DNA from: a virus
DNA length: 64,000 nt
Virus record (IMG/VR): IMGVR_UViG_3300045988_060496
Location: 114,625-178,624 of that record
Direction: 5' to 3' (one strand)
Part shown: positions 50,117-63,514 of the stretch, one piece after another
Layout of the letters: every line of letters begins with the position of its first letter
How positions within the stretch are numbered: the stretch's first letter is position 1
Made by a program: the position numbers and the translations under genes
Notes under the pieces: generated by a model
The model's input: the letters and a program-made list of their open reading frames with translations, nothing else
What the model was told of the DNA's origin: nothing
Database searches by the model: none

Positions 50117-52480
50117 ATGCCAAGAAAAAAGATATTACCTGAAGAAATATAGAATATTGTAGATTAGGTAAGAGAAAAAGAATAGAAAGAGGATGCTAAA
50201 GAAGCTAGAGAATTAGTATAGAAAATAAGAGAGGAAAGGGTCAGAAATTCTGACTATTGGGATGTTAAAATAGGAGATAAAATAGAAGTATTTGACCCTA
50301 CCTTATCTTATGAAATAACTGGATACAGACCTATTGACGAAACTCATGGATTGGACTTTAATCCAGATTGGTTTACCGAGACTAGGGAAGTATATAAACG
50401 AACTGGTCAATACTGTCCCTACCTTAGAGATAGTAAGCGGTACAACGAATTTTGGAAAGAGCAATATAGAAGATGTAAGTATGGAATGACAGTTAATGGA
50501 TACACCATTACTGGAGATAATTACTTCTTCTTAAATTTCTATTAGTTACCTACTATTGACTAGCAGAAAGCCTCTGGTGAGGGTACTGATAATGACTTCC
50601 CAATATTCTTTGCATCACATTATATGTTCTTTCATTATCTATAGATGGCTAGAGTGCTACACAAGCACGCAGCTTTAATGAAAGCTCGTTCTATTGGATT
50701 CTCTGAAATAAACGCCTCTCTTTCTGCTCGTATGTACTCTGTTATTAGAAGAAGTAGGGTTATGATTACTTGCTTTAATGATACCTTCCTTAAGGGTACC
50801 TTTAGTAAGTTTGATAATGCTCTTACATTCTTAAATACCTGTACTGGAGGAGGATTTTTTAAATTGCGACTTATTGACCAGGATTTGAGAAAGAAATCAG
50901 GTAAACAAATCAAAATAAATGGTTAGTTTGAAGACGTAGGATTTAAATCTGAGGTTGTAGCAATTAACGGAGCTAAACCATCTAATATTCGTGGAGACCG
51001 TGTAGATTTATTAATATATGATGAAGCTGGTTCCTGGCCTGGACTTGATACCGCTGTGGTACAAGGTCAAGAACTTTGTGAAGTTCAAGGTATGCCTCGT
51101 GGAACAATGTTGTTTGGAGGTACTGGCGGTGATATGGGTGCTCCTCTAGAGGGCTTAAAAAAGATTTACTATAATCCAAGAGCATATAAGATTCTTCCAT
51201 TTAGACATAATTGGACTTAGGATGGGACTACTATAGAGAGTGGATTCTTTATTCCATACTTTATACAATCTTTGAATCCAGAATTTATGGACCACAGAGG
51301 AGTATGTAATACTGTGGAATATAAGAAATTCTTATAGGAGGAGCGAGATAATCTGTTAGCTGTACCAGAAGACTACCTAAAGAAATGCGCTGAACGTTGT
51401 TGGAATGCAGAAGAAGCATTTAATCTAGAAGGTGTTAATAAGTTTAATAAAATTTTAGTTGCCGAATAGATAGCTAATATAAGACTTAAACAAATTGGCC
51501 CAAGACCCGAATGTGGTTATATTGATTATTTTTACAAAAATAATAAACATACTTAGGATAATATTGATGGTTTTAAATGGATTCCTAACAGCAATGGCAA
51601 AGTAAAAATTCTAGAGCATCCAATATGGTCTGACTTATATAAAGAACAAATGGAAAAGCTTAGATAGGAGGCAGAAGATAATGGCTAGGATTTTGAAGTT
51701 CCAGTTTATAAAGAGATGCGAGACTTATACGTAGCAGGTATAGACGGTATTGATATTGGAGCGAATTAGACTTCTAAGGAAACCAGAGACCCGTCTGATT
51801 TCTGCATAACGATTAAGAAACGTGCGTTTGGTATGAATGACCCTCAGTATGTTGCTATGTACAAGGATAGACCTGGAGACATCAGAGAAGCCTATAAAAT
51901 AGCTATGTGTTTAGCTCGCTATTATAATTGTAAAATAAATATAGAAGCTACTCGTATGGGTATGGTTACTTGGGCTAGAGAAAAAGGATGCCTTAACTAT
52001 TTTATGAAGCGCCCAAGAGCTACTCTAACTGACGTTAGAAATGGAACTACTAAATAGTATGGAACTCCTGCTACAAAAACTATAATCGAATAGCATACTG
52101 ATTTAACAGCCGCCTTTATAGAAGACTATTGCCATACTATATGGTTCGAAGAAATGCTAGAATAGTTCACTGCATATAATGATGAAAATAAGGGTAAGTA
52201 TGATATTGTAGCCGCTGTAGGTATGACTGAGTTAGCAGACCAAGAGCTATCAGGAAGACAGCCCGTACTTGTGGAGAAAGAAGTTGAATAGTTCCAAGAT
52301 TTTGGTTACTATTACGACGAGAGAGGAATTAAAAGATTTGGAGTTATTCCAACTAAGAAAACTCCTGAACTTAATATGCAAAGAAACGAATATGATGACC
52401 CATACAGAGTTGAAACAAGTGATCCTAGAATATATGAGGGACTTGTACAAAATGGAGTATATAGGCGGACTAGATATTGA
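50117..52480 (+). CDS. terL: terminase large subunit, TAG-recoded (787 aa, ~20 in-frame TAG)
   Basis: Frame traced from ATG 50117 (TGA at 50096-98 upstream) through ORF-track fragments 50351.., 50645.., 51833.. to TGA 52478-80. Contains ...RGDRVDLLIYDEAGSWPGLD...MLFGGTGGDMGAP... nuclease/ATPase-like segments; size typical of TerL. Confidence 0.6.
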
Positions 52481-52671
52481 GAGTTTAGACCCAGTTGGGT
52501 ATAAAGTCTCTTTTAACTTTGATAGGTCAGAAATGCCATTAGTAATAATAGCAGATTTACCAGACGAAGAATTTCTGCCATTTATTAAGGAAGAATTAAG
52601 AAGTAGGAAGTTGCAAAGAGTTAAGTATTATAACGCTACTAAACTTCCTCCAGAACAACATAATTTATGTT

Positions 52672-54843
52672 ATGAAAGAGAAGGAATTAATAGACAAGAC
52701 AAACGAGGCTATTGCGGAACTTGTATATGATAAGTATGAGTTACAGAAAGCTTATAATTATTATAATGGTAAAAGAGATCCTGAATAGTTCCGTTATCTG
52801 GAAGAAAACTTCGGAATAGGTAGCCCCACTTCGGTAGAGTTTACGCCTTTATTAAAGAAACACGTAGATGCTCTAGTTGGAGAATATTTAGGAACTCCTA
52901 TACTTCCGAAAATTTCTTGCAAAGATTCAGATACTATCAGTAATATAACAAGAGAAAAATAGCTAGAAATAACCAAGGGAATAGTAAAGTTTTTGAAAGA
53001 CCATTTAAGTAATTCAATTCTTAAGTTTATTGATGGCAAGGATATTACTGATAAAGCTGTAAAGACTTAGTTAGATAAAATTATATAGGATATTGACCAA
53101 TCCTTTATTTCTCAATATGAAATTGCAGCTTAGAATATAGTACATTATATTATGCAATCCAGAGAAACCGATTTAATTACTAAGTTACGTTAGTTACTAA
53201 CAGACTTATTAATTACTGGTTATACATTCTTTAGAGTGAAATCATCGGCTTCTGGAACTAATATTGAAATAGAGGTATTAAACCCACTTAATACATTTGT
53301 TGATAGAAATCCAGAATCTCCATATGTAAGGAACTCATATAGAGTTGTAGTAAGAAAGTGGATGAGTAAGAGTTAGATTTTAGCTAAATATGGCAAAGAA
53401 ATATCTAGAGAAGATTTAAGAAGACTAAAAGATGAATGGCGAGCTGATGATTCAGCTGCTGTTTATAGAAGAGTATATGGAGATACTTGTACAGTAGTAA
53501 ATGAAGATTAGAATCATGAAACCATTCCCGGCTATCCAGACAATGAATATAGTGCTCATAGGTTCTAGTTAATCCCAGTCTATGATGTTGAATGGATTGA
53601 AACAGATGATGATTTTGTGATGTAGAGATACAATACTATCAGAATAGGAGAAGAGATATATATTCTTAGAGGATTAGACAAGACTGTTATGAGGTCTAAA
53701 GATAATCCCAACTTCTGTTCTTTATCGGTAAATGGAGTATATTTCTTAAATCGCTCTTAGTAGCCTTATTCTCTTATATTAAAATGTGCACATCTGTAGG
53801 ATAGATACGACTTATTAAACTATTATAGAGATAATCTAATAGCTAATAGTGGTACTGCTGGAGTTATTATGGATATGTCTCTGTTGCCTACCAACTTAGG
53901 AGTTAAATGGCCAGAACGAGTACAAAAATGGTTAGCTTATAAAAAAGGTGGTATCATGTGGATAGACTCAAGCCAAGAAGGTAGGAATGACGGACAGCAA
54001 GCTCCAAACTAGATATATAACGGATTTGATGATACCTTAAAAGCATAGGCTGTATAGGCTATTGAACTAGCTATTCAATCAGTAGAACAAACTACATCAT
54101 CAATAACTGGAGTATTTAGGGAACGACTTAACGGTATAGAAACTAGAGATGCAGTTACTAATATTAAGTAGGGAGTAGCTAACTCGTATATAGTAACTAA
54201 GCACTATTTTTAGCAGATGGATTTAATAACCTGCGAGATACTACTAGATAGTCTTAATTAGGCTAAAGTTACTTATAAGAAAGGATTAACTGGAACTATT
54301 ATACTTGGGGATAAATATCAACAGATATTCACCGCACTTCCTGAGTATTTTACTGTTACTGACTACGATATTCATATTACTGCTAGTTCAGAAGTGATGG
54401 AAGATTTATAGACTATAAAATCAATCATTCCAGAGTTCGTAAAAAGTCAACAGATGGATCCAGATATTATTTTTGAGGCTCTTACATCTAAGAGTCTGAC
54501 AGACCTTAAATATAAGGTTAAGAAAGCTGTTCAAGTTCGCAAAGAGGAAAATAATCAGCTTCAGCAACTACAAGAAAAATTAGAAGAAACCTCTCAATAG
54601 GCTTAGTAGTTACAGCAAGAATTATAGAAAGCTCAGCAAAAGATTGAAAGCTTAGATGAATAGAGACTGGGATTAGAATAGTAGAAGATGCAGTTAGAAT
54701 ATAAAGTTAACTGGCTTAAAGCTCAGTCTGATTCTACTTATAAAGATAGACAAATGGATATTGAAGAAAAAAGAACTGAAATAGAGTTGGCTTAGCTTCA
54801 TGATGGAAATCCATATAATGACAAAATAAGACAAATACATTAA
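52672..54843 (+). CDS. portal-like protein, TAG-recoded (723 aa)
   Basis: ATG 52672 MKEKELIDKTNEAIAELVYDKYELQKAYNYYNGKRDPE-Q-FRYLEENFG... open to TAA 54841-43 with >25 in-frame TAG; directly downstream of TerL; Gln-rich coiled coil near C-terminus. Confidence 0.45.
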
Positions 54844-54844
54844 T

Positions 54845-55573
54845 ATGGCAACTGGAACAATTGTATACAACAAAGATTAGTAGTAGATTTATCCTATCTC
54901 TGATGGGACAGTAATTATAAGTAATGCTTCCGGTTCTAAATCAAATGTAGAAGACGACTTAAAAAAATTATTTAAGTAGGTATCAGATTTATCCGGTTCA
55001 AGTGAAGCAGTTAATAGTATTATTATTAAAATACATTATCTCCCTGCTAATACTGCCGATGAATCTGAAATAAAACTATCAAGTAAGTAGTGGTCTGATA
55101 CTTTTGAGCTTCCAACAGAAGAGAATCCATATATATGGAAAAGAACTAAATTTACTTTTTAGGGAGCTGATGAATCATAGGGAACTACTATCTATGAAAT
55201 AGTAGCGAGTGATGTCTCTACTATTATATAGACTATATATACTAGAACCGAGGGAATAACACCAGTTATAGAGTATAAACAAAAAACGAATGAAAAAGGA
55301 GATCCTCTCTATATAGATTCTGACGGGAGAGAAACCACAGAAGTAACCTCTATTAAAGCCTATGACTATAACTACTACTGGAATGGACAGCCCTCCTCTG
55401 GGATTGATAAATTACCTCCTACTCCAGATGGATAGTCTTATACCTGGACTGACTATCCACAAGATATTAGTTTATCTTTTACTTCTGTTTTTATGTCTAG
55501 ACGTATAAAGCAATCTGGAAAGTGGGGACCTTTTTCTACACCAGCTCAATACGGTCAATGGCCTAACACTTAA
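54845..55573 (+). CDS. TAG-recoded structural protein (242 aa)
   Basis: MATGTIVYNKD-QQQ-IYPISDG... to TAA 55571-73. Confidence 0.45.
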
Positions 55574-55585
55574 TATTATTGCAAT

Positions 55586-56317
55586 ATGGAATTTAGTATT
55601 GATATACATACCCAAATTAATGGGGAAATACTGATAGAAGATTTCTCAAAAGAATATGGCTAGTATATTGATGAAGATGTAGAGGTAGTAACTTCTTACG
55701 ACTCCTATAAGTATAGTGAGAGTGCTACCTTGAATACTATCATCAAAGTTAGTATAAGCGATGCTACTCTGATAGATGTCCTACTTAATGACCATACAGA
55801 AGACTTAGACTCGTGTATGTTTAAGGTCAAGGATGATGGTTATTACGTAGTAGACCATATCATTATTCCTAATATGAAATGGTATGAAAATTCATCGGAC
55901 GAATACAAGGAATACTATGAGACTATCTATGTTACTGATGGAGAAAAATTATATAAAGAAGTAGAAGGTAAGCTAGAAGAGTGTACAGTTAAAGAAGTTC
56001 TTGAACGAAACATAGAAGGAACTACTATAAAAAAATGTAAGGTAGATGTTTTCTTTACAGGAAACTTGTAGTAGTGTTACATTAATTATTGTAAGAAACT
56101 CTTTGATGCTTTACTAAATAAGTGTCTAACTAGAGATTAGGAAGCAGATATATTTGCTCGAGATTTCATATGGATGACTCTTAACATTATAGATTATTTA
56201 ATATGCTTTAAACAATTCATGGAGGCTGAAAGATTACTAGCGATGTTCCGTACCTGTGGAGGATTCTGTGACAATCACCACCATGGACATAAACGTATAG
56301 GTTGTGGATGCTCTTAA
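55586..56317 (+). CDS. TAG-recoded protein with Cys/His-rich C-terminus (243 aa)
   Basis: Contains track ORF 55730..56071; continues through TAGs to ...CGGFCDNHHHGHKRIGCGCS, TAA 56315-17. Confidence 0.45.
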
Positions 56318-56472
56318 GAGAAAGGCTATTAAAAGGTATGAGGATTTTCTAAGAAAACTCAAAAAGGGATATAAACCAGATTATCAAGATATTCTTAATC
56401 TAATTTGTTTTATTAACCTACCTGTAAGACTAGATAATCACGAATTTATTAAATAGCAATTATTAAACTAGA

Positions 56473-58047
56473 ATGATACAGTCTATTTACACTTCGGTAA
56501 GTAACGCAGATATAGTGCCTTGTGGTAAAAAGGGTAAGCCTATAAAATGTGAGCCTATACCTCTCTTAAGAAATAACTATTTAGGAGAATATAGGACAGA
56601 ACTAGAAAAAGCTAAAGTAAGAAAGAACTTAGGTATTGCTGATGAGTAGAGTCTATTGTGGGGAAACATTAGTGGAACCATAGAACTGCAAAAAGACCTA
56701 GTATAGTATATAGAACAAAAATGGACCTATACTAGTGACGTTGCAGAAGGCATTAATACTGTGAAGGATGCCCTAGACTATGCCCTATACTTTATTAGCG
56801 AATATGAATCTAATACAGAAGCAATAGAAGAACTGAAAGTCGATATAAGCAATATTAGAACTTCTATATCTGTATTGAAGGAGGATTTACAGCGAGAAAT
56901 TGATACTAATAGAAAAGGAATTAATAATCTATCTGAAGAAATAGTAAAAATCAATGAAGCTATAGTTGAGTTGAACAATGCTATTGAGAATATAGATGTT
57001 GATAAAAACATTCTTAATTGGATTAAGAATAGTCTCCAAAATTCCAAAACTATAGAACTAAAGGAAAATAATTCCTTAGAGGTGATTTTATCTACTTAGG
57101 AAGATAATGCTATTCATTTAATAGAATAGGAGATTGGAGAGGAAACCTCTTCTATTATCCTTCCAGGTATCTATGTTAAGAATCTTGAACCTGCTCTAGA
57201 AGAAACAAAGAAAGAAGTATAGAAAACTTAGGAAGCACAACAAGAGACAAATACTAAAGTAGAAGCTAATACTGAAAGTATTACTAATATACAAACTAAC
57301 TTAGAAACTATAGCTACTTATTAGACGGAACTCCCAGATGATACTACTTCAACAGTAATTGAAGGGACTACAGTAGAGAAACTTAAGGGCAAGCCCTTTA
57401 ATGAAATTATTGATACTTTACTGTTTCCAACAGTAGTTAGAGATTTAGTATACCCATAGCTTTATTATAGTTTTACTTCTCAAATAGTAGAAGTGGGAAC
57501 TGCTTTATTAACTCCTGCACTTACATTTATAAAGAATGATGCTGGAGAAGAAACTGACAGACGAGAAACTATTACTTATAACAGTTCTCCTGTAGAGTCT
57601 GATACATATAATTCTATTGGTACTTATACTCACTCTGGTACAGTGAGTTATGCCGCTGGAGAATATTTGATAAATAATAAAGGAGAAGTTACAGATAAGA
57701 GAGTAGAAGCTGGTTCTATTTCCGCTACCGCTTAGGTAGTAGCCACATATCCTTGGTATTCTGGTAATACTGATGGTGTGATTAAATAGGCGCTAGTTCC
57801 TTTTGGACAATCGTCTGGAACTATCACATTTTCACTAAGTGGTAAGGCTATTATAAAATTGCCAGGAAGTAACACATAGTTAAATTCATTTACCGTAGAT
57901 GGAGGACTTGGATATTTAAATGTAGACCTAAGTGGTTGGGAAACGTCTACCGAGTAGATAAATGGATTTACTTACAAGGTATGGACTAAGAAAGATACTT
58001 ACTCCTCAGCATTGCCACATCAAATTAACTTTATTCTATCACAATAA
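56473..58047 (+). CDS. tail-fibre/tail-associated structural protein, TAG-recoded (524 aa)
   Basis: MIQSIYTSVSNADIVPCGKKGKPIKCEP... includes track ORFs 56761.. and 57493..; coiled-coil segment then beta-rich C-terminus; TAA 58045-47 overlapping next ATG. Confidence 0.45.
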
Positions 58048-59885
58048 TGGCATTTAAATATACAGGTGATGCTACCTTAGGTGTCGCTTTAACCGTAGAA
58101 ACTCCGAAGCCTCTCGATAATAGAACAGTCGTTAATAACTTAGACGAACTTTATTCTATTCCAGAGAAGTATGCTTATCAAGGTATGACCGTTGCTAACA
58201 TAGATAACGGAAATATTTATATGCTGATTGATAAGTCTAAGATTAAATACAAGGAAGGATGGAAAGCATCCTATGAATCTATCTAGATAATCACCTGTAC
58301 AGAGGCTGAATATAAAGAATGGTCTGAGAATACTACAGACGATTTTAGGCCCATAGATGAAAGTAAACCATATCTTCATGCTGAGACATATTATTATATA
58401 TATGAGGATAGCTTAGACGATAACTAGTTTTACCTATCCGCGGAATGGGGGAAAAAGATAGAAGAGCAATTAAAATAGAAGGCTCTTAATACTACTGTAG
58501 TATAGATTAGAACAGACTTAGATAACACTATTGCTAGCCTATCAGATTATGCTACACTGGAAGAATTAACTACTAATTATGTCTCTAACGATTCTTTAGC
58601 TCTATCACTGACTAAGTATTATACTAAGGAAGAAACAAACGATATTTTCGTTACTAAAGAAAGCCTTAGAGGAGAGGGAATGGAAGGAGATGATTTTGTC
58701 TTCGTTACAAAGAAAGAATATGAGGAAGATTAGTAGGCTATCCAAGACGAGTTAGATAAAACTCTTAAGGTAGATGGAGATGGCTCCTTAGAAAGCATCA
58801 CTGTTGGGTAGATAAAATCTCCTGTGGCGGAGGGAGAGAGCTAGTTAGTAGTAGACGTTAAGTCTGAAGGATTATTTATAGGTGAAGATTAGATTGCTAC
58901 TGAATCGGATATTCCGAACTTAGTAACATTAACTGAAGAAGAGTATCTAAAGTTAGTAGAGGAAGGGACGGTAGAGCCTGATACATATTACTATGTATAT
59001 GACGTTACAAATGATGCAAAGGTTTATATTACTAAGGAATATTTGGATTAGAATTATCATACTACTAATCAATATCAGTCCTGGGTTGCTACAAATTATT
59101 ACTCCAAGAAGTAGATTGATGAAATAGTTCAAGGTTTGCAAAAACTTGGAAACTACGTTACTACAGAAGATATTAAGGCTTATTATACTATTTAGCAGGT
59201 TGATGACAAATTTCTTACTAAGGAAAATGCTCAGTCTACTTATGCTACTCAATAGTCATTATCTAATTTATCAGATTAGATAGCCGAAGATTACGTAACA
59301 AAAGAAAGTTTAAGGGGAGACTCTCCTGAAACCGGAGATGATGATTTCATATTTGTTACCTAGAAAAAATATCAGGATGATTAGGCTGCTGCTGCTAAAG
59401 AATTTAGCACTGAGCTTTTGAAATCTACATCAGTAGAAACTTCTGATATTACTATTTAGAAAATTGGAGAAAAAGAAGTACAATAGGGAACAACTGGAGA
59501 ACCTTCTGAGGAAACAGGAACTGAGCAAGTTATTGAGAGTTCTGTTAAACTTACCACAGAAGATAACAGGCTATTTGCTGGAGGCAAGCAAGTTGCTATT
59601 ACTGAAGAAGTACCAAAACTTGTATGCTTACCACAAGCTGATTATGATGACCTAGTTGAGAATAGTAAGACTGAAGAAGATACTTATTATTGCACCTATG
59701 GAGAAAAAGATTTACAAGATACTGGATATGTTAGAAGCGAATATCTTATAGAGAGATACTACACCAAAGCTGAGGTAGAAGAACTAATTAGCTAGGCCGT
59801 AGCCGAATTGTAGAAAAAGATAGACGCTTTATAGCCAGGTTCTAGTGTAGAGGTAGATGGAGAAAATGAACAATTAATATTTTAA
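58047..59885 (+). CDS. tail-fibre-like protein with internal repeats, TAG-recoded (612 aa)
   Basis: Repeated modules TKESLRGEGMEGDDFVFVTKKEYEED-QQ-A... and TKESLRGDSPETGDDDFIFVT-Q-KKYQDD-Q-AAA...; TAA 59883-85. Confidence 0.45.
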
Positions 59886-59890
59886 ACAAT

Positions 59891-60103
59891 ATGGGAACAA
59901 TTTATATTGAAGGACAGTTTAAGAGTTCTGCCAAACCAGTAAAAGTTGTTGGAGGAAGTATAGGAGGAGGCTCTGGAGTAGACTAGGAAGTTCTCAAGAA
60001 CTATGCTACTAAAGCAGAATTGTAGAAGGCTGTTGAGGACCTAACTGCTTCCATAGAGGGAATAGATCACGATGTAGTTGGTGAAACTTTAATAATACAA
60101 TGA
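59891..60103 (+). CDS. TAG-recoded small protein (70 aa)
   Basis: MGTIYIEGQFKSSAKPVKVVGGSIGGGSGVD-Q-EVLKNYATKAEL-Q-KAVEDL..., TGA 60101-03. Confidence 0.35.
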
Positions 60104-60104
60104 T

Positions 60105-61922
60105 ATGGCAGCAATCAAATCTATAAAGGTTGGGGAAACCACATACGATTTAAAAGCTACTTACGATGGTGCTGGAAATGTTATAGATACGACATATGCC
60201 AAAGCTAATGCAATTCCAACTAAAACTTCTTAGTTACAGAATGATAGTGGATATTTGACTGAGCATTAGGATATTAGTGAATTAGCTACTAAGGGTGAGC
60301 TTGAAGGCAAAGTAGATAAGGAGTTAGGAAAGGGACTTTCTGAAGCCAATTATACTGAAACTGAGAAGGAAAAGTTAAGTACTATAGCTAATAATGCTAA
60401 TAATTATGTACACCCAACTACTTCTGGAAATAAACATATTCCATCTGGAGGAGCGTCTGGATAGATGCTAGTTTTCTCAGCAGATGGTACTGCTGAATGG
60501 GCAGATTCAAGTTCTAAGCTAGAAGAGCAATTTACAGCACTAAATGAGGCTTGGGAAGAATTGTAGAAGGCACAACAAAAGCTTGATAAGTAGGTTACTG
60601 AGCTAAATAGTAATATGGATTTATATTCCTATGGAGTAGAATGGGATGTTACAGTAGCATCTCCGGAACTTACTAGAATAGGTAATCCTTTGTTGCATAA
60701 ATCTCTTCCTATTCAGTCAGCGTATAGAGGTTGTGTAGCAAACAATGATGTAGTAAATTACTATCTGTTTCCAGATGACTGGTCTTATAAAGAAGACGGC
60801 GAAACTCCATCTGTCTTAGATGGAACTGATGGAACAGTAAGAGTTAATACTCCTAAATTTTATGGAAAATCTGGCAGCGATGGAAACAAAAGATGGGTTA
60901 GAACTTCTACTGTCAAAATTGATGATTCATGGGTAGAAATTCCTGAACTATTAATAGATGCATACAGAAGTACAGTTGATACCACAGTCTCCGCAACTCC
61001 AAAAGCTGTATCAGTAGTTAATACTACTACTGCATTTAGAGGTGGAGGAAATAGAGCTAACTACGATGATTATCTAACTACAGAATTAGAAACTAAGGAT
61101 ATATTCAGAAGTGATTTAGGAAAGCCTAGAACTAATATTTCTAGAGCTACTATGAGAACATATGCAACAAATGCTGGTTCAGAATTGCTATGCTATGAAT
61201 ATTACAAATGGATATTCTACTGGAATTATGTCATTGAATATGCTAATTTTAATTCTTAGGCTGCATATAATGCAGAGTTAACTGCAGATAGATATCATCA
61301 AGGAGGTTTAGGATCTGGAGTTACAGATTGGGCTAACGCAGCTACAAGTTGGTCAGGGTATAATGCAACATATCCACTTACACCTTGTGGTTACTGCAAT
61401 GAACTTGGTAACTTCACTGGAGTAAAAGATTTAGTTATTCCAGAATGTACAGCTCAAGATGGCACAAATACAGTAGCAACTCATACATTTAAAGTACCTC
61501 GCTGGAGAGGATTCGATAATCCGTTTGGAGACATTTGGACTAACCTGGACGGAGTAGTTATAATGAGAGCAGCTGCTAATGAGATTAGCACTGTCTATAC
61601 AACTACTAACATATCGGAATTTACAGACGTAGTTGGAGAGAAAACCGTTGCAGGATACGAAGTAGCATCGGATGGTTATATTAAGGCATTTGACTTAGGT
61701 GAAACCGCTGAAATAATTCCATCCGCTGTTGGAGGAAGTGCTACTACTTATATTTGCGATTACCATTACTGCAACGCAAGCAGCACAGCGCTTCGCACGC
61801 TGCTGGTGGGCAGCGGCGCGGCTTATGGCGGCGATGCGGGTCTCGGCTGTTTCTATTCTTACTATGGCGTCGGCAATGCCGATTCCGTTGTCGGGTTCAG
61901 GACTCTGAATAGAGTATCTTAA
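60105..61922 (+). CDS. DGR target 1: tail-fibre/receptor-binding protein with C-terminal variable repeat (605 aa, TAG-recoded)
   Basis: Frame 0 from ATG 60105 through track ORFs 60615.. and 61563.. to TAA 61920-22; C-terminus ...ICDYHYCNASSTALRTLLVGSGAAYGGDAGLGCFYSYYGVGNADSVVGFRTLNRVS is encoded by VR1. Confidence 0.6.
61800..61897 (+). repeat. DGR variable repeat VR1
   Basis: 98 nt aligning with TR; every VR/TR mismatch (about 20) falls on a TR adenine; GC-rich patch. Confidence 0.7.
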
Positions 61923-62000
61923 GATATACAATATAAAAATCGATTTAGATGATAAATCGTAGGATATTACTTCTAAAAACCGTTGATTGGCAAAAAAGTA

Positions 62001-62098
62001 CTGCTAGTAGGCAGCAACGCGAATAATGGCAGCAATGCAGGTCTCAGCTATTTCAATTCTAACAATGACGTCAGCAATGCCAATTCCAATGTCGAGTT
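62001..62098 (+). repeat. DGR template repeat TR
   Basis: A-rich intergenic copy ctgctAgtAggcagcAAcgcgAAtAAtggcAgcAAtgcAggtctcAgctAtttcAAttctAAcAAtgAcgtcAgcAAtgccAAttccAAtgtcgAgtt between target gene and RT. Confidence 0.7.
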
Positions 62099-62239
62099 AT
62101 TATATATTTAGAAACATTTTATTATTTTTTTTTAGTTTGCTAAGTAATATCCTTGCCTCTAGGCAAAAGATAACGTAGTGTTGAATGAAGGGTGTTAGTA
62201 GGTTAATTCTCGAACGCTTCCGATGAAATATATAAAAAA

Positions 62240-63514
62240 TTGAAACGTGTAGGATATTTGCACGAGAAAGTATACGCTGAAGATAACATCGAACTAGCTG
62301 ACGATAAAGCTAGAAGAAATAAGTCTATTAGATGTGGAATCAAGCAGCATGATAAGAATAGATTAAAAGAAAATAAGGAATTATCCGATAAGTTAAGGGA
62401 TTTGATTTATCAAACCTCTGAATATAGTACCTTTATAATATACGAACCTAAAGAAAGATTAATCTTTAGACTTCCATACTATCCAGATAGAATAACTCAC
62501 CATGCTATAATGAATATTATGGAGCCTATTTGGACTAGTATATTTATAGACCAAACATATTCCTCTATACGAAATAGAGGTATTCATAAAGTAGAGTATG
62601 ATTTGTTCAAGGTGTTATAGAAACATCCAGAAGAAACAAAGTATTGCTTGAAAATGGATATAAAAAAATTCTATCCTTCTATAACTCACGACATTTTATA
62701 CGAAATGTTATAGAGAAAGATAAAGGATAAAAAACTATTAAAACTGTTGAAAGAAATAATTTATTCAGCGAAGGGAGTTCCTATTGGAAATTATCTATCA
62801 CAATTCTTTGCAAATTTATATCTGACATATTTTGACCACTGGGTAAAAGAGGAGTTAAAATGTAAGTACTACTTTCGATATGCTGACGATATTGTGATTC
62901 TTGGTAATGACAAGAATTATTTGAGAAATGTATTAGTATCTATAAAACTATATTTGAAACAGGTTCTTAACCTAGAGTTGAAGCCTAATTATCAAATATT
63001 CCCTGTAGAAAGCAGAGGTATTGATTTCGTAGGCTATAAATTCTATCATACTCATGTTCTACTGAGAAAATCTATAAAAATGAGGATGTTTAGGCTTATA
63101 AATCTATATAAATAGAATAAGATTGATAAAGATGAATTGAATAGAAGAATGAGGTCTTATTTTGGATAGATGAAATTTTGCAACTCTAAGAACTTGCTGA
63201 GAAAGGTAGAGGAGTTAACTGGATTGAAATTCTCTAACTGGAATGGAAAAGAAGTTAACATATCTAAGTTTTATAATAAATATATTCACATTGTAGAGGT
63301 TATTGATTATGACAATCATTTTCGAGTGCATTTCATGTATAACAATAAACCCTACTATTTTAAAAGTAAGAATAGGAGATTACACTATTCTTTGCTTAGA
63401 TACAAATTTCCTATAAATTTTAAAATAACACCTTATGTTAGAGCCGAATAGAATACAAATGGACGTTTATCCTTAGACAATCCAAAAACTTGGGAACGGT
63501 ACTTATTACTATAA
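62240..63514 (+). CDS. DGR reverse transcriptase, TAG-recoded (track ORFs 62240.., 62747.., 63170.. are one frame joined by TAG codons)
   Basis: YADDIVILG (RT YxDD box), RLPYYPDRITHHAIMN, IGNYLSQFFANLYL; all three track ORFs are in the same frame (offsets 507 and 930 nt); ends TAA 63512-14. The only in-frame start candidate found was TTG at 62240, so the 5' end is uncertain. Confidence 0.65.

Noticed and set aside
52269-52730. ORF-track gene 52269..52730 as annotated (153 aa)
   Set aside because: Its first ~210 nt overlap the 3' end of the TerL frame. At most a short downstream gene (~52453..52730) is plausible, and even that overlaps the portal start, so it was not listed as a feature.
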